Assembly (NCBI GenBank): GCA_015233405.1
Contig: JADFXT010000013.1
Location: 1 to 59,125 of the forward strand
Direction of reading: 5' to 3'
From: Candidatus Omnitrophota bacterium
GTDB lineage: Bacteria > Omnitrophota > Gorgyraeia > Zapsychrales > Zapsychraceae
Length of the DNA: 59,125 nt
Made by a program: the position numbers and the translations under genes
The notes under the pieces: model-generated
Told to the model about the DNA's origin: nothing
Database searches by the model: none
Seen by the model: only the letters and a program-made list of their open reading frames with translations
Part shown: piece by piece, positions 28,581 to 38,466 of the stretch
Layout of the letters: every line of letters begins with the position of its first letter
How positions within the stretch are numbered: position 1 is the first letter of the stretch

Positions 28581-29749
28581 GAGACAATCCTTGGGTTAAA
28601 GATTAACGTATAAATTTCAATATATTTTTGCGTCATTGATTCGACGGAATATTCTTTTTTAACCAAATCTTTAGCATTCCGCACCATCTTTAACGCAGAC
28701 TCAGCGTCATTGTTTCTGTTTTTAATCACTGTCATAATAGCCGCTGCCAACCCGGCGACATCTTTAGGATTAACCAATATCCCCGTAAAGCCATCCTTAA
28801 TCAATTTAGGAATATCTCCGACAGGTGTTGCTATAACAAGAACCCCGGCGGACATCGCTTCAAGAAGAACCATTGGAAGTCCTTCGGATAACGATGGCAT
28901 AACCAGGACATCAATAGCGCCAAGGACCGATTTAATATCATCACAAAAACCTGTAAAAATTATATTTTTTGAAATGCCTAGTTCATTCACTAATTCCTTT
29001 AAATCTTTATCTAAAGCGCCATCTCCGGCAACTAAGACTTTGAGTGGAAAATTCTTATTCGTCTGCAATATATTAGAAACGGCACGAAACAAATATTCAT
29101 GACCTTTTTGTTGAGCTAGCCTTCCCACAATACCAAGAACAATATTGCTCTGTTCCAGGCTAAATTTCATTCTACTTCTCGCCTTTTCCTCTTTTCCCCC
29201 TAGATGAGAAAAACCATCAACATCAATCCCATTCGATATAACCGACAGCTTCCCTTTATTAAAAAGGAACGGACGAACTTCATCCGCAACAGGATCAGAA
29301 ACGGCAATAATACGATCAAAAAAATTAAACAGAATCCCCTCAATGAATTCATAACCCCTAAGCTTAATATTCCCATGCGTCCACAAATGATTGGTTGATA
29401 CCCTGTTGACTTTTAATCCCAATGATGCCAATAAGCCAAAAGCACTCGCCTTATAATCATGCGTATGAATAATAGAAAAACACTCTTCTTTCAGCATTTT
29501 TCTAATTTTCCTGATCGCTACGAAATCAAACAATCCTTTGCAATCAATGCTAACGGCATCAAGCCCCTTAAGCCGTGCTCTATCAATCAACTCAACATGA
29601 GGATTCTTGAAATTATTAATACACAGGACTCTATTGACCATGTCTTTTGATTTTAAAGCCTCAAGAAGTCCTAAAATAACCCCTTCCGCGCCATAAAACC
29701 CGCCGGAGCTACGAAGATGCAAAATTTTTAATCGTTGTTCCTTTTTCAT
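28577..29749 (-). CDS. Family 4 (GT-B) glycosyltransferase
   Basis: 390 aa. C-terminal EX7E-type block SLSEGLPMVLLEAMSAGVLVIATPVGD. Confidence 0.85.
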   Translation of the reverse strand: MKKEQRLKILHLRSSGGFYGAEGVILGLLEALKSKDMVNRVLCINNFKNPHVELIDRARLKGLDAVSIDCKGLFDFVAIRKIRKMLKEECFSIIHTHDYKASAFGLLASLGLKVNRVSTNHLWTHGNIKLRGYEFIEGILFNFFDRIIAVSDPVADEVRPFLFNKGKLSVISNGIDVDGFSHLGGKEEKARSRMKFSLEQSNIVLGIVGRLAQQKGHEYLFRAVSNILQTNKNFPLKVLVAGDGALDKDLKELVNELGISKNIIFTGFCDDIKSVLGAIDVLVMPSLSEGLPMVLLEAMSAGVLVIATPVGDIPKLIKDGFTGILVNPKDVAGLAAAIMTVIKNRNNDAESALKMVRNAKDLVKKEYSVESMTQKYIEIYTLIFNPRIVS

Positions 29750-30873
29750 GATTTATTATCTTTCACCAAAAATTTCTCAACTTCAGTTCTTACTGTTCTT
29801 GTAAAATTTTCTCTGTCAAATTTCTCTTCAGCGATTTTACGAGAATTGTCGCCGAACCGCTTTAAAATAGATCTGTTTTCATGCAAATAGTTAATCTTCT
29901 GGGCCCAATCTTCCTCCGTGCTGTCATAGGGCATCAAAAATCCATTTTTTCTGTCTTTCACAATATTTGAAATCCCACCAACATCCCGAGCCATAACAGG
30001 CAATCCACAAGCTAACGCTTCTGCTAAAACCAAAGCTAATTGATCTCTTTTCGTTGGAAAGACAAATAAATCTGTCTGCTGAAAAAATATCGGCATCTGG
30101 TCATGAGGGATTTCACATCTTAAAACAACACCTTCAGGAAGATCCTTTTTCCTCATATCCTTATCATTTGTCACAATGGTAAGGACATAAGAACCTGACA
30201 AATAACGCGAATAAAGAGTTAACAAAAAATCGCCCCCTTTGCGCATAAAATCATTTCCAACAAAAAGGAGCTGGAATTTATCTTTTTGCGGATAATCTTT
30301 GTCCCGTCGCCAAACTTTAAGATCAAAACACGGATAAATCGTCTTGATCTTTCTTGGAGAGATTGAAAAATGTTTTATTAGTGACTGGGCACACCAATCT
30401 GACACCGGCAGAAAGAACGCAACACGATTAAATAATCTTCTATAAAGAAATTTAGATAAAAAAGGTAGCAATCTAGACCGCAATCTTTGAAGAAAACCAT
30501 TGGATGATTTTAAAATCATTTCTTGGGCTAACACAGGTGTTGTATCAAGTATCAGAATAAAAGGGCATTCTTTGAACAAAAATATAAGCGCATTTACAAA
30601 TTCAAACCCGTTAATAATAACCAGGTCAAACTTATCAAATTCCCGGATGTCCTCCTGTAATTTCTTTTTCGCGACATAAACCGTTTCCCAAGTAGAGCTG
30701 AAACGCAACCACATCGGTCTAGGGAATCTAATATAATCTTCATCTGTAATATCCAGATACACGAAATCAACATCCTTAATCTCTGACAATGCATGCCGGT
30801 ACATTTGAGAAAAAATCTTATTTCCCAAAATTTGGGATAGGACCACCAATGCCTTTTTATTAACTATTTTCAT
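29746..30873 (-). CDS. Family 4-like (GT-B) glycosyltransferase
   Basis: 375 aa. FPTKRDQLALVLAEALACGLPVMARDVGG. Confidence 0.75.
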   Translation of the reverse strand: MKIVNKKALVVLSQILGNKIFSQMYRHALSEIKDVDFVYLDITDEDYIRFPRPMWLRFSSTWETVYVAKKKLQEDIREFDKFDLVIINGFEFVNALIFLFKECPFILILDTTPVLAQEMILKSSNGFLQRLRSRLLPFLSKFLYRRLFNRVAFFLPVSDWCAQSLIKHFSISPRKIKTIYPCFDLKVWRRDKDYPQKDKFQLLFVGNDFMRKGGDFLLTLYSRYLSGSYVLTIVTNDKDMRKKDLPEGVVLRCEIPHDQMPIFFQQTDLFVFPTKRDQLALVLAEALACGLPVMARDVGGISNIVKDRKNGFLMPYDSTEEDWAQKINYLHENRSILKRFGDNSRKIAEEKFDRENFTRTVRTEVEKFLVKDNKS

Positions 30874-30880
30874 TTAGCCT

Positions 30881-31825
30881 TTATTTCCTTATGCTTTTAA
30901 TAAAACGCGCTGCTCTTTGCGCATAGTAATTTTTATAAAACCGATGCGTGCCGACAAAATGAAGCACTGCTGAGGCGTTGTAATCAACATCGGATTTGCC
31001 ATAAAAGATCGCATATTTCGGATACGGCAAGATCTTGGACTTAGGAGTATCCGCGATCAAGCAACAAACAGCGATCTGTTCTGACCCCCAGCTATGCCAT
31101 AATTGGCCAAAAACTGATTCCATTTCTTTAGATAAACCTTCAACTTTTCCTCTCGAAATCGAGCTTTTGGCAAAAGCATTAAAACCACCGCTGCCTTTTA
31201 AATATAAACGACGCTGGTAATTAGTTATCTCATTTAATCTTGCCTCAAAAACAAACTGAAATGCCTGATTAGAAAGATTCTTTCCCGCATACTTTGCTTT
31301 TTCTTCAAGGAAGACTTCTTCCATGGTTTGCACTTGTTGATTTTCTTTTAATCCCATAATAAAACTCTGATTATTCTTTAAACATTCAACAACATCAGGA
31401 ATCGCCGCTTGAGTTAACATGTCCGCATCAAGAACAAGCACTTGTTCAAATTGATTATGGTCGGCAGCAAACAACAACCGCTCCCAGCACCCGCCTTTAG
31501 GACAGATGGCATTAGGAATTTCATCAATATGGACAATCTTTATTTGCGGGATATGATTCTTAAATAGTTTAATATGAGCATCGCTTAATGAGCCGTCGTT
31601 AATTACGGTAAAAGAGCCTATTTTAAAATGATGATAAAACGACTTTGCAGCGACCAAATACATGCACACATCTCTTCTAGAAACTAAACTTAGAATTAAA
31701 ATTCCATCTTTTTTTGTTTCTATGGGCGGCGTCTTAAAGATGTCCTGACAATAAAAATAAAAACGCGTTCTATTAATCCACGCAGGAATAGAATATTTCC
31801 AGATAGACGATAATTTACTTAACAT
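30881..31825 (-). CDS. Hypothetical protein, possibly a GT-A-fold nucleotide-sugar transferase
   Basis: 314 aa. A DxD-like block (QVLVLDADMLTQ) follows a Rossmann-like N-terminal half. I recognise no firm family. Confidence 0.35.
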   Translation of the reverse strand: MLSKLSSIWKYSIPAWINRTRFYFYCQDIFKTPPIETKKDGILILSLVSRRDVCMYLVAAKSFYHHFKIGSFTVINDGSLSDAHIKLFKNHIPQIKIVHIDEIPNAICPKGGCWERLLFAADHNQFEQVLVLDADMLTQAAIPDVVECLKNNQSFIMGLKENQQVQTMEEVFLEEKAKYAGKNLSNQAFQFVFEARLNEITNYQRRLYLKGSGGFNAFAKSSISRGKVEGLSKEMESVFGQLWHSWGSEQIAVCCLIADTPKSKILPYPKYAIFYGKSDVDYNASAVLHFVGTHRFYKNYYAQRAARFIKSIRK

Positions 31826-32988
31826 TTAAACTCCTTAATCGATACCCCATCGATCATATTTTTGAAATATTCACAATATTTCTTTGAGGAGAAACTTTCG
31901 CTAATAACATCAAGGCTTTCTTTTCCCATTTTCTGGGTCAACTTATCGGAGGAAAGAAATCGTTCTAATTTTTCAGATAAACTATCTACATTCTCCGATT
32001 CAAACAGAAATCCATTTCTCTCATCCCTTATTATTCCCGGGATACCTCCCACGCGAGAGCCAATAACCGGTTTTCCACAAGACATAGCCTCCAAAAGAAC
32101 GCATCCCATGCCTTCCTCTCTCGAGGGCAAAACAAAACAATAACAATTTAAAAAATGGTCTCTTAACTCATCATAAAAAACAGGTTTTAAAAATTCTATC
32201 CTTTCATGCCATATCCCTAACCGTTTCTTAGCTTCTTCTTGAAGCTCATGTCCCACAAACCTTAAAGTGAAATCCGGATAACGATCGGCAATTTTCTCAA
32301 AAGCTTTTACTAAAATATCCACGCCCTTACGATGAAACGGGAACCCAACGCAAAGGATATAATTCCCGAAAGTTGCCGCTTTTTCTTGAAAGAAATGTGT
32401 TGGAACATAGTCATTGAAACAATATATTTTTTTTCGCTCATAACGCGGCTCTAAATCGATCCTTTGATTTTCAGTTAAAAGCTTAATTCCATCTGCAAAT
32501 TTTAAAGTAAACGATCTCAAAAGCTTATACATAAAAGCTTTTAATCGTATTGCTGCTGTTGCACCTTCTTCCATCTCTAAAGCCTTTGCCAAGTTACTGT
32601 TATTCAACTCAACTATTAATCGACTTTTTAACCGCCATTTTAATAAAACACCTAAAACTCCTGTAAAAACAGGATCATAACAAACGATCACATCAATATT
32701 CTTTAAGCTAAAACCTTTAGATAAAACAAAGAAAGCTAACTTCAGCTTCCCTTTTAGGCCCTTCCCGGGATTGAGCGATGCTAAAAAATTGAAATCTCCT
32801 ATTTTATAATCCTTAAACTTTGCATTTGTGGTCCAGCTAAATATAACGCCAGAAGAATTTTCAGATAACATCTCAAAACGATGAAAAAAATTAGGAAGGT
32901 CTGGCCGATACGTCGGACCCGGAAAAATGTACAATATTTTAGGTTTATTTTTGATTTTAAACTCCCCTCTCGCTAAACAAGTCCTCAT
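31819..32988 (-). CDS. Family 4 (GT-B) glycosyltransferase
   Basis: 389 aa. LPSREEGMGCVLLEAMSCGKPVIGSRVGGIP. Confidence 0.85.
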   Translation of the reverse strand: MRTCLARGEFKIKNKPKILYIFPGPTYRPDLPNFFHRFEMLSENSSGVIFSWTTNAKFKDYKIGDFNFLASLNPGKGLKGKLKLAFFVLSKGFSLKNIDVIVCYDPVFTGVLGVLLKWRLKSRLIVELNNSNLAKALEMEEGATAAIRLKAFMYKLLRSFTLKFADGIKLLTENQRIDLEPRYERKKIYCFNDYVPTHFFQEKAATFGNYILCVGFPFHRKGVDILVKAFEKIADRYPDFTLRFVGHELQEEAKKRLGIWHERIEFLKPVFYDELRDHFLNCYCFVLPSREEGMGCVLLEAMSCGKPVIGSRVGGIPGIIRDERNGFLFESENVDSLSEKLERFLSSDKLTQKMGKESLDVISESFSSKKYCEYFKNMIDGVSIKEFKC

Positions 32989-34087
32989 ACTTCTTTATCA
33001 TTAAATTAAACGAAAATGCTTCAACATTCTTGGCAGCATTTGCCGTTAGTCTTTCCCCAAGCCCTCTATCATTTATCAACAAAACAATTTTATCTCTTAA
33101 ATCATCCGGAGAATTTGGCTTAACCAAAATGGCATTTTGTAAATTTATAGCTATTTCATTATTTCCTATGACATCTGATGCCACGACGATTTTTTCTGCG
33201 GCCATGGCTTCCAATAAACTAAAAGGAAGCCCTTCGAAATGGGAAGGAAGACAATAGATATCGATCATGTTCATAAGTTGCGGAATATCTAACCTTGGCT
33301 CAAGAAATATAAATTTATCGTTTAAACCTAAAATATTTACCAATTCCTTGCTTTCTTTTAGCGCCGGTCCATTTCCTGCAAAAACGACTCTAAAATGATT
33401 AAGCTTATCTTTTAGCAATTGCGCTGCTTTTATTAAACATTCGTGATTTTTTTGCTTCCTAAAATTCGCAAAAAGGCCAATAACAATCTCATCCTGTGCA
33501 ATACCTAATTCAGCCCTCATCTTTATTCTTAACTCTTTACTTTTGGCTCTTCTAAATATCTCTACATCAACGCCATTTAATATTTTTACAATCTTTCTTC
33601 TTGGCAAACCCATTTCTTTTTCAAAATAATCACAGACCCCTTGGGAAATCCCTAAGGCATAATCAACAAACCTTAGGCAAAACTTAACAATAATCAAAAT
33701 CTTTGGTGTAACATGAGGATCCAAATCAAGGCGCGTATGTTCAGTGTGAATCCAGCGAACTTTATTAAACAACTTAAACGATAATAACCCTTGGATTAAT
33801 GGCAAAGTATGGTGTGAATTTACGACCTGAATTTTATGTTGTCGTATAATTTGATTTAAAAACTTAACAACCGAAATTTTAGATATAATCTTATCTTTAT
33901 TTATGACGTAAAAAGGGTGCCCTAGCTTTAAATACGAGTCCTCATATTTCCCACTAAAAAAAACACACAAGATAGGATTAAACATGGATTTATCAATATT
34001 TTTTATAATATCAAAGACGAGCTTTTCAGACCCGCCGGTATCAAAAGTCGGAAGAACGAATAAAATATTTATTTTTTCCTTATTCAT
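32957..34087 (-). CDS. Family 4 (GT-B) glycosyltransferase
   Basis: 376 aa. FDTGGSEKLV at the N-terminus and LPSHFEGLPFSLLEAMAAEKIVVASDV. Confidence 0.85.
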   Translation of the reverse strand: MNKEKINILFVLPTFDTGGSEKLVFDIIKNIDKSMFNPILCVFFSGKYEDSYLKLGHPFYVINKDKIISKISVVKFLNQIIRQHKIQVVNSHHTLPLIQGLLSFKLFNKVRWIHTEHTRLDLDPHVTPKILIIVKFCLRFVDYALGISQGVCDYFEKEMGLPRRKIVKILNGVDVEIFRRAKSKELRIKMRAELGIAQDEIVIGLFANFRKQKNHECLIKAAQLLKDKLNHFRVVFAGNGPALKESKELVNILGLNDKFIFLEPRLDIPQLMNMIDIYCLPSHFEGLPFSLLEAMAAEKIVVASDVIGNNEIAINLQNAILVKPNSPDDLRDKIVLLINDRGLGERLTANAAKNVEAFSFNLMIKKYEDLFSERGV

Positions 34088-35379
34088 TTCTTTGTTCTCA
34101 ATGCTGATTGATCTATAGTTAAATGACTCAAAAATTGATCCAATAAGACTGCAAAAGCTACAAGGTAATACAACACCCAGTTATAAGCCTGCGATAAAAA
34201 TATCCCGCTCGCACAATATCCACAAAGCCCTACAATGTTTGCTTTCGCGAATAATTCAATTTCTCTAACCGCAGGGTTCGTATCTTTCATCTCTTGTGCC
34301 GCTTTTGAGACCTTGTTAAATGTCTTAAATGTTGAAAAAATCAGGATAAGAAAAACTATCAAGCCTGGAATTCCCATCTCCCCACCAACCTGAACAAACA
34401 TATTGTGTGATGCGCGCCTCATCCCAGGAACGTCAATCGCCCCTTCTGGTCGATAAATAACAAACGCTTCGCCAAAATTTCCGACTCCAACGCCGAAAAC
34501 ACGATCTTTCATCATATTTAGACCAGCTTTCCAGGCATCCAACCGACTAATGGCGGCCGCATCATCTACAGAAGCGGCTTGAATGGACATCATCCGATCT
34601 TTATAATCCTGCGGCGCCATATTCCATCCAACCAAGATCACAATGGCGACAGCTAAAGCGGTCACAATCTTTTGTTTGCTTATTAGCCAAAAAGCAAAAA
34701 ACATACCCGCGATCCCAAATAACCCTCCTCTGGATTTAGTCAAAACAAAAGCACCTAAAAATAGCCCCATAACAGCGATATGAACAATCTTTCTCACAAA
34801 TCCTTTCTTAACAAAAATTCCATAAAACAAAAACGGGATCAGCATAATAAGACCTAAAGACAAATCATTAGGGTCGCCAAATAACGCGCCGCGGAAAGAC
34901 CCAAACAACCGCCCACCGTCATAATCTTTCAATGACATAACAACAATAAAAACCATGGATAAGATCATGGCCCACACCAATATTCGGCATTTCCTAACGG
35001 TAGTAGCCAGATTAATAATCAAAAAGTAAGCTAAAATTACTTTTAAAAAATCTCCAACGACCTCAACAGCATTACTTATCCAAATGGATGTTGTGACGGA
35101 TAAGCACATCATCCCAAAGAAAAACAGCAAAAGCTTTGATAAGTGATGTTCAAACAGAACGATCTTTTCCTTTATTTCTTGGTGAAAGAATAAAAGGATA
35201 AATGTGACAAGGGCAATTAATCGGGTCAAATGCACGGATGAAAGCGCCGGATGAAAAATCCCTGGCCTTAAATAAAGTAAAACAGTAAAAACATATAGTC
35301 CGATAAAAGGATTACGTATGATCAAAAAGATGATCACCAATCCAATGAGAAGCATAAAAAATAAAATCAACAAATCCAT
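34084..35379 (-). CDS. O-antigen ligase/Wzy-family polytopic membrane protein (likely repeat-unit polymerase)
   Basis: 431 aa with about 10-12 TM helices. A periplasmic loop carries TKSRGGLFG and RASHNMFVQVGGEMG (Wzy_C-like). Confidence 0.7.
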   Translation of the reverse strand: MDLLILFFMLLIGLVIIFLIIRNPFIGLYVFTVLLYLRPGIFHPALSSVHLTRLIALVTFILLFFHQEIKEKIVLFEHHLSKLLLFFFGMMCLSVTTSIWISNAVEVVGDFLKVILAYFLIINLATTVRKCRILVWAMILSMVFIVVMSLKDYDGGRLFGSFRGALFGDPNDLSLGLIMLIPFLFYGIFVKKGFVRKIVHIAVMGLFLGAFVLTKSRGGLFGIAGMFFAFWLISKQKIVTALAVAIVILVGWNMAPQDYKDRMMSIQAASVDDAAAISRLDAWKAGLNMMKDRVFGVGVGNFGEAFVIYRPEGAIDVPGMRRASHNMFVQVGGEMGIPGLIVFLILIFSTFKTFNKVSKAAQEMKDTNPAVREIELFAKANIVGLCGYCASGIFLSQAYNWVLYYLVAFAVLLDQFLSHLTIDQSALRTKK

Positions 35380-36330
35380 TTATAATCCCCTTCGTTTTCG
35401 TTTCCAATACGAAATCCATTGATCCGGCAAAAAACTACCTAACCAATATCGATAATAAACCAAATTTAACGGGCAACGATTAATGGCCTCCTTAAAAAAA
35501 CGGCGCGAGGGCTTAAGCTGTCCTTGATGCATCAACTGATAACCCAAATCAAAATAAGGCTGCGCCAAACGGTTTTTCCATTCTAAATCGGACACCTTTT
35601 CTAGTTCCTTCGGATTATTTTTAACAAAATTTTGAATAACCATAACTTCCGAGGGGTCGAAGTTCTTACGATCTTCCTTCATAATATTAGAATCATGCTG
35701 ACGATATCGTGCCAAAACATTTTTTACTGCCCCTATTTGATGTTTTTGAGCAACACGTAGCCACAAATCGTAATCCTCTCCTATGCGCAGCCGCTCATTA
35801 AACCCATTCATTTCTTTAAAAAGATTACGCCTCATAACAACCGTTGATGTCCAGATAAAGCATCTTAACAACAACTCCGGGAGAACATTTCCTTGAGGTA
35901 AAACCTTATAATAATTTGCCAGCACATCCGACACGCAAGAGCCGCGATCATCAAATGATTCATAAAGACTATATACAAGCGAAACATCTGGAGTCTCATC
36001 AAGAAATTTTATTTGCTGTTCCAATTTATAAGGCAGCCAAAGATCATCACTATCCAAAAATGCGATCCATTCCCCCGAAGCATGCTTTACTCCAAAATTC
36101 CTAGCCGCAGCCGCCCCTTTATTTTCACAAAAGAAGCATTTAATCTTCCCCTGATATGCCGACTTATAATCATTAAGGACTTCTTTTGTATTATCTATTG
36201 ACCCGCCGTCTACAACAACCACCTCAAAATCCGTATATGTTTGCTGAAAAACGCTATCAAGAGCATGTTTTAAATACTGTGCCCGGTTATAAGTTGGAAT
36301 AATTACGCTGACTTTCATCATTGGTTTCAT
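35380..36330 (-). CDS. Family 2 glycosyltransferase
   Basis: 316 aa. VSVIIPTYNRA, VVVDGGSIDNT, AFLDSDD. Confidence 0.85.
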   Translation of the reverse strand: MKPMMKVSVIIPTYNRAQYLKHALDSVFQQTYTDFEVVVVDGGSIDNTKEVLNDYKSAYQGKIKCFFCENKGAAAARNFGVKHASGEWIAFLDSDDLWLPYKLEQQIKFLDETPDVSLVYSLYESFDDRGSCVSDVLANYYKVLPQGNVLPELLLRCFIWTSTVVMRRNLFKEMNGFNERLRIGEDYDLWLRVAQKHQIGAVKNVLARYRQHDSNIMKEDRKNFDPSEVMVIQNFVKNNPKELEKVSDLEWKNRLAQPYFDLGYQLMHQGQLKPSRRFFKEAINRCPLNLVYYRYWLGSFLPDQWISYWKRKRRGL

Positions 36331-37316
36331 TTCTTCCTATTCAGTGTCATTAAAACTATGCACGCAAGGAAATTTCTCCACACCAAAAATCTAAATGGAT
36401 TTAAAATTATGCTTTTAACAGCATAGGATAATGCTTTGTCATACATTTTCTTTTTTGAACGATAAAAATAGCTTAAATAAAAATAAAATTGAGACAAATT
36501 TCTCTTAAAAACGCCAAAAACTTCAGAACAATCAGACATAGCTAAGAGCTTTTCAAACATTCTTATATTGCATAAAAGGCTCGTTTCATGACCTTTTGTT
36601 AAAGTGCTATCTTCTCTATAATAAATTGCTAACGCCTCATTAATGTATACAGATCTCTTCCCTTTTAGGATCTCAAACCATAAGAAAACATCTTGAGCGC
36701 TAGGCAGATCAAGCGCAAATCGTAATCCTGAATCAAAGCATGTGCGTTTCATCATAATGGCCTGGGTGCATATTGGATACGGAGAGAAATCAAAAAATTT
36801 TTTATAAAAATTACCGTCTAACACATATTCCTCTCCATCGCTTCTCTCAATATTTTTTCTAAAAGCTTTCAAAAAATCAGTATTTTTTAACCAATAACCA
36901 TCAATCTTATTGCGAACAAAAACGTCTGAAAAAACAATATCAATATCCGGATGACGTTTTAAGCTTTCAACTCTCTTAGAAATAGAATGGTTACTCAAAG
37001 TATCATCACTATCTAAAAAACAGATATACTCTCCTCTCGCAATATCGATACCTTTGTTTCTTGCAGCGCTAACCCCAGAATTTTCTTGATATTCAAAGAT
37101 AATTTTCTTTTTAGGAAACCTTTCAGCAACTTTCAGCACAACATCTTTTGTCCCATCAGTAGACCCGTCGTCAACAACAATAATTTCCAGATTTTCATAT
37201 ATCTGAGAAAACAGGCTATCTAAAGCCCTGGCTATAACATGCCCATTGTTATATGTCGGGATAATAACGCTGACTAAAGATTGATTCTCCACCTTAATTT
37301 CCTTTTCTTTAAACAT
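36327..37316 (-). CDS. Family 2 glycosyltransferase
   Basis: 329 aa. VSVIIPTYNNG, IVVDDGSTDGT, CFLDSDD. Confidence 0.85.
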   Translation of the reverse strand: MFKEKEIKVENQSLVSVIIPTYNNGHVIARALDSLFSQIYENLEIIVVDDGSTDGTKDVVLKVAERFPKKKIIFEYQENSGVSAARNKGIDIARGEYICFLDSDDTLSNHSISKRVESLKRHPDIDIVFSDVFVRNKIDGYWLKNTDFLKAFRKNIERSDGEEYVLDGNFYKKFFDFSPYPICTQAIMMKRTCFDSGLRFALDLPSAQDVFLWFEILKGKRSVYINEALAIYYREDSTLTKGHETSLLCNIRMFEKLLAMSDCSEVFGVFKRNLSQFYFYLSYFYRSKKKMYDKALSYAVKSIILNPFRFLVWRNFLACIVLMTLNRKK

Positions 37317-38466
37317 CTAAAGACAAACTGTCATATAATTCTGCTTTGTATCGCTTCCAAGCCTGTCCCTGATAACTAAAAATCGATTGAGCGAAAGAAA
37401 ACATTTTAGCCTTATCAAACTGAGAAAATGCTTTCTCAATATCCGTTTCTAAATTGTCGACATTATTTATCAAATACGCATTGGCTTTTGTTTTCTCAAA
37501 AATATTTTCTTTCTCACATTTAATATCAGAGTTATATAGCAATATCATGGGTCTCAATAAATGAGGAAAATACAAACTTAAACTGGTAATGTCTGAAATA
37601 AGGATGTCTGCGTTGGCCAACAAAAAAAACGGATCCCGCCTTTCGTATAAAACGAACACATTCTTATGTTCAATGGCTTTTAATTTCTGTTCCCAATCAA
37701 TCCCGCCGGAATATTCTTTAACATAATTGTTATGATGAATTGTTAATACGACATTGTACTTTTCTGCTAGTTTGGGTATTTTCTTAATCATCTCAAGCCC
37801 AAAGCTCTGGATAAGCGAATCAGACCCCCAGGTTGAAACAATCATTACTGTTTTCCTTGAGAAGTCCAATCCAGCGTCTTTAAATATCTCCGACTTTAAC
37901 GATATATATTTATCCATTTCATCTAACAATAAATTCCCTACAACTCTGACCCGCGAATGGAATTCAGGATAGCAGCGTTTAACCCGAGCAAGCTCGTTCT
38001 CGCTTCCAACGAATATTTTGCTATAGATGATTTCTCCTTTAATATTTTTGGAGCGCGATCCGTAGACATACGATTCCCCAGCTTCAAAAGCTTTACCGCC
38101 ACCTCCTGCTCCATGGCCCACATAGATTTTCAAACAATCTTTTCTGACATTAAATCCATGATCGGGATATACAACCAAATCCCACTTGAAATAATTCGCC
38201 ATGAACTTGTTTACGGTTTTTAAGAAGTACTTTCTCTTAATTTGTTCTAAATCTTCTGGCTTAAAACGTTCAGGCCGATAAAATAAAAACCACAGTCTCA
38301 AACGTTTATCCTCTTTTAATCGTTCATATATCGGGCGGACATAGCTAAACATGGTGCGGTTAATAACAACAAACAAAATATCTTTCTTTTTCTTTAATCT
38401 TAAAAAGAAAGATTCTAGGTAAAGATACGCTGCTTTCAAGAAAACCATTATTCTCTGTTTTTCCAT
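37309..38466 (-). CDS. TagB/TagF-like CDP-glycerol glycerophosphotransferase family protein
   Basis: 385 aa. VMIVSTWGSDS, LTIHHNNY and ADILISDITSLSLYF resemble the Glyphos_transf blocks (PTWR / H / D-LITDYSS). By-eye assignment. Confidence 0.5.
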   Translation of the reverse strand: MEKQRIMVFLKAAYLYLESFFLRLKKKKDILFVVINRTMFSYVRPIYERLKEDKRLRLWFLFYRPERFKPEDLEQIKRKYFLKTVNKFMANYFKWDLVVYPDHGFNVRKDCLKIYVGHGAGGGGKAFEAGESYVYGSRSKNIKGEIIYSKIFVGSENELARVKRCYPEFHSRVRVVGNLLLDEMDKYISLKSEIFKDAGLDFSRKTVMIVSTWGSDSLIQSFGLEMIKKIPKLAEKYNVVLTIHHNNYVKEYSGGIDWEQKLKAIEHKNVFVLYERRDPFFLLANADILISDITSLSLYFPHLLRPMILLYNSDIKCEKENIFEKTKANAYLINNVDNLETDIEKAFSQFDKAKMFSFAQSIFSYQGQAWKRYKAELYDSLSLDV

